DNA of 27,462 nucleotides from a virus: UHGV virus genome UHGV-1840938; one strand, 5' to 3'. Shown piece by piece: positions 26,618 to 27,462 of this stretch (position 1 is its first letter; each line of letters starts with the position of its first letter). The notes under the pieces were generated by a model. It saw only the letters and a program-made list of their open reading frames with translations, ran no database searches and was not told where the DNA came from. The position numbers and the translations under genes were made by a program.

Positions 26618-26899
26618 GTTGCTGAAAAAGAAAACAACAGGTGGTTAGCAGGGTATCAGTTAATCGGGGAAATTTTTAAATACCTCACAATTCAGCAAGT
26701 TGATGATTGTCTGGCTGGCGGTGAATTTGTTAAAAATCGCAACGCATGGTGAATCCCCCTCAGCGGCGGGGCGGCTGGTGCGGGCTGGCATTTTTAATGT
26801 CACAGGCAATGTGAAAGACGCGGGTTCGGTGGCACCGGGCTGAACTCACCGGGAGGCACCCGGCACTATGCAGTTAACTGAAACCAGGTAATACTCTCA

Positions 26900-26926
26900 G
26901 GCCCCTCATCGCAGGGGCCTTTTTAC
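26900..26926 (+). terminator. Rho-independent terminator
   Basis: 8-bp stem AGGCCCCT/AGGGGCCT with loop CATCGC followed by TTTTT; an opposite-strand hairpin with A tract sits at 26931..26962. Confidence 0.65.
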
Positions 26927-27137
26927 ATGCAAAAAAAGCCCGCGCCGGGAGGCGCGAGCGGCAAGGAATAAAACAAAGAAAGTGAGTTTCGATTATTCAC
27001 CGTGTGAATAATACCCGATGGTGATGAGACTGCGCAACTGCGCGGCCTTTTCGTTTTTACTGGCAGTTGTCTTTTGTATTTTCAGACTTCAGTCAGTCCT
27101 TATCTGATTCAACCCACTATCCCGGCCGGGAGGATTC

Positions 27138-27415
27138 ATGGCATTTAAACATTATGATGTGGTCAGGGCATCATCGCCGTCAGACCTCGCAGGAAAACTG
27201 ACGCAAAAACTGAAGGAAGGCTGGCAACCCTATGGTAGTCCGATTATCTCAAACGCGGGTTATGGTGCTGAATTTATCCAGGCTATAGTCGCTGAAGGGG
27301 ATATGACCTCTCCGGTAGTTTCACCGGGGGGAGATGGTACCCGGACTGTTGTTGTTGAACCAGAATATTACTTTGTCATTGCGCTGGCCGGACAGTCAAA
27401 CGGCATGGCGTATGG
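27138..27415 (+). CDS. N-terminal fragment of a prophage NanS-p-like sialate O-acetylesterase (DUF1737 N-terminus then SGNH start), truncated at the contig end
   Basis: MAFKHYDVV... start with GGGAGGA RBS; ...VIALAGQSNGMAYG resembles the start of an SGNH hydrolase domain; the ORF runs into adapter sequence at 27416. Confidence 0.6.
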
Positions 27416-27462
27416 CTGTCTCTTATACACATCTCCGAGCCCACGAGACATCTCAGGATCTC
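27416..27462. other. Illumina Nextera (Tn5 mosaic-end) adapter read-through: synthetic sequence, not genomic
   Basis: CTGTCTCTTATACACATCT + CCGAGCCCACGAGAC + 8-nt index ATCTCAGG + ATCTC (start of the P7 tail). Confidence 0.9.

Larger units (their letters stand above)
171..27415. mobile_element. Lambdoid prophage, partial (attL side through Q and the start of the late region); right end not in window
   Basis: Gene order int / xis-like / exo-recT / cI-cro / replication / ninG-ninH-Q / late-region esterase, beginning next to a tRNA gene. Confidence 0.85.

Overview
This window is the left arm, immunity region and early-right/late-junction of a lambdoid prophage in an enterobacterial (E. coli-like) chromosome, starting beside a tRNA-Arg(CCU) gene and ending in sequencing-adapter sequence. 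Layout: tyrosine integrase and AlpA-like excisionase; a long minus-strand early-left operon (MT-A70 adenine methyltransferase, antirepressor-like genes, Ea22/DUF551/TraR genes, YqaJ exonuclease, RecT, Rha); hicAB; a cI-cro immunity region with cargo in the rex position; a helicase-primase replication module; NinG, NinH and a Q antiterminator. The most notable content lies directly downstream of Q, where Stx phages carry stx: a Hok-like type I toxin, then a two-gene BcgI-like (Type IIB) restriction-modification candidate whose 5' end carries seven CAGCGAC heptamer repeats that leave a well-placed ATG out of frame, i.e. a candidate phase-variable switch. Other cargo includes an AT-rich ClpP-fold serine protease plus small secreted peptide downstream of cI, a Zn-ribbon/DUF4145 protein, and a truncated RelE/HigB-like toxin with an intact antitoxin. 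All calls are from reading the sequence and ORF track; no database searches were run, so family names rest on recalled motifs and should be confirmed.
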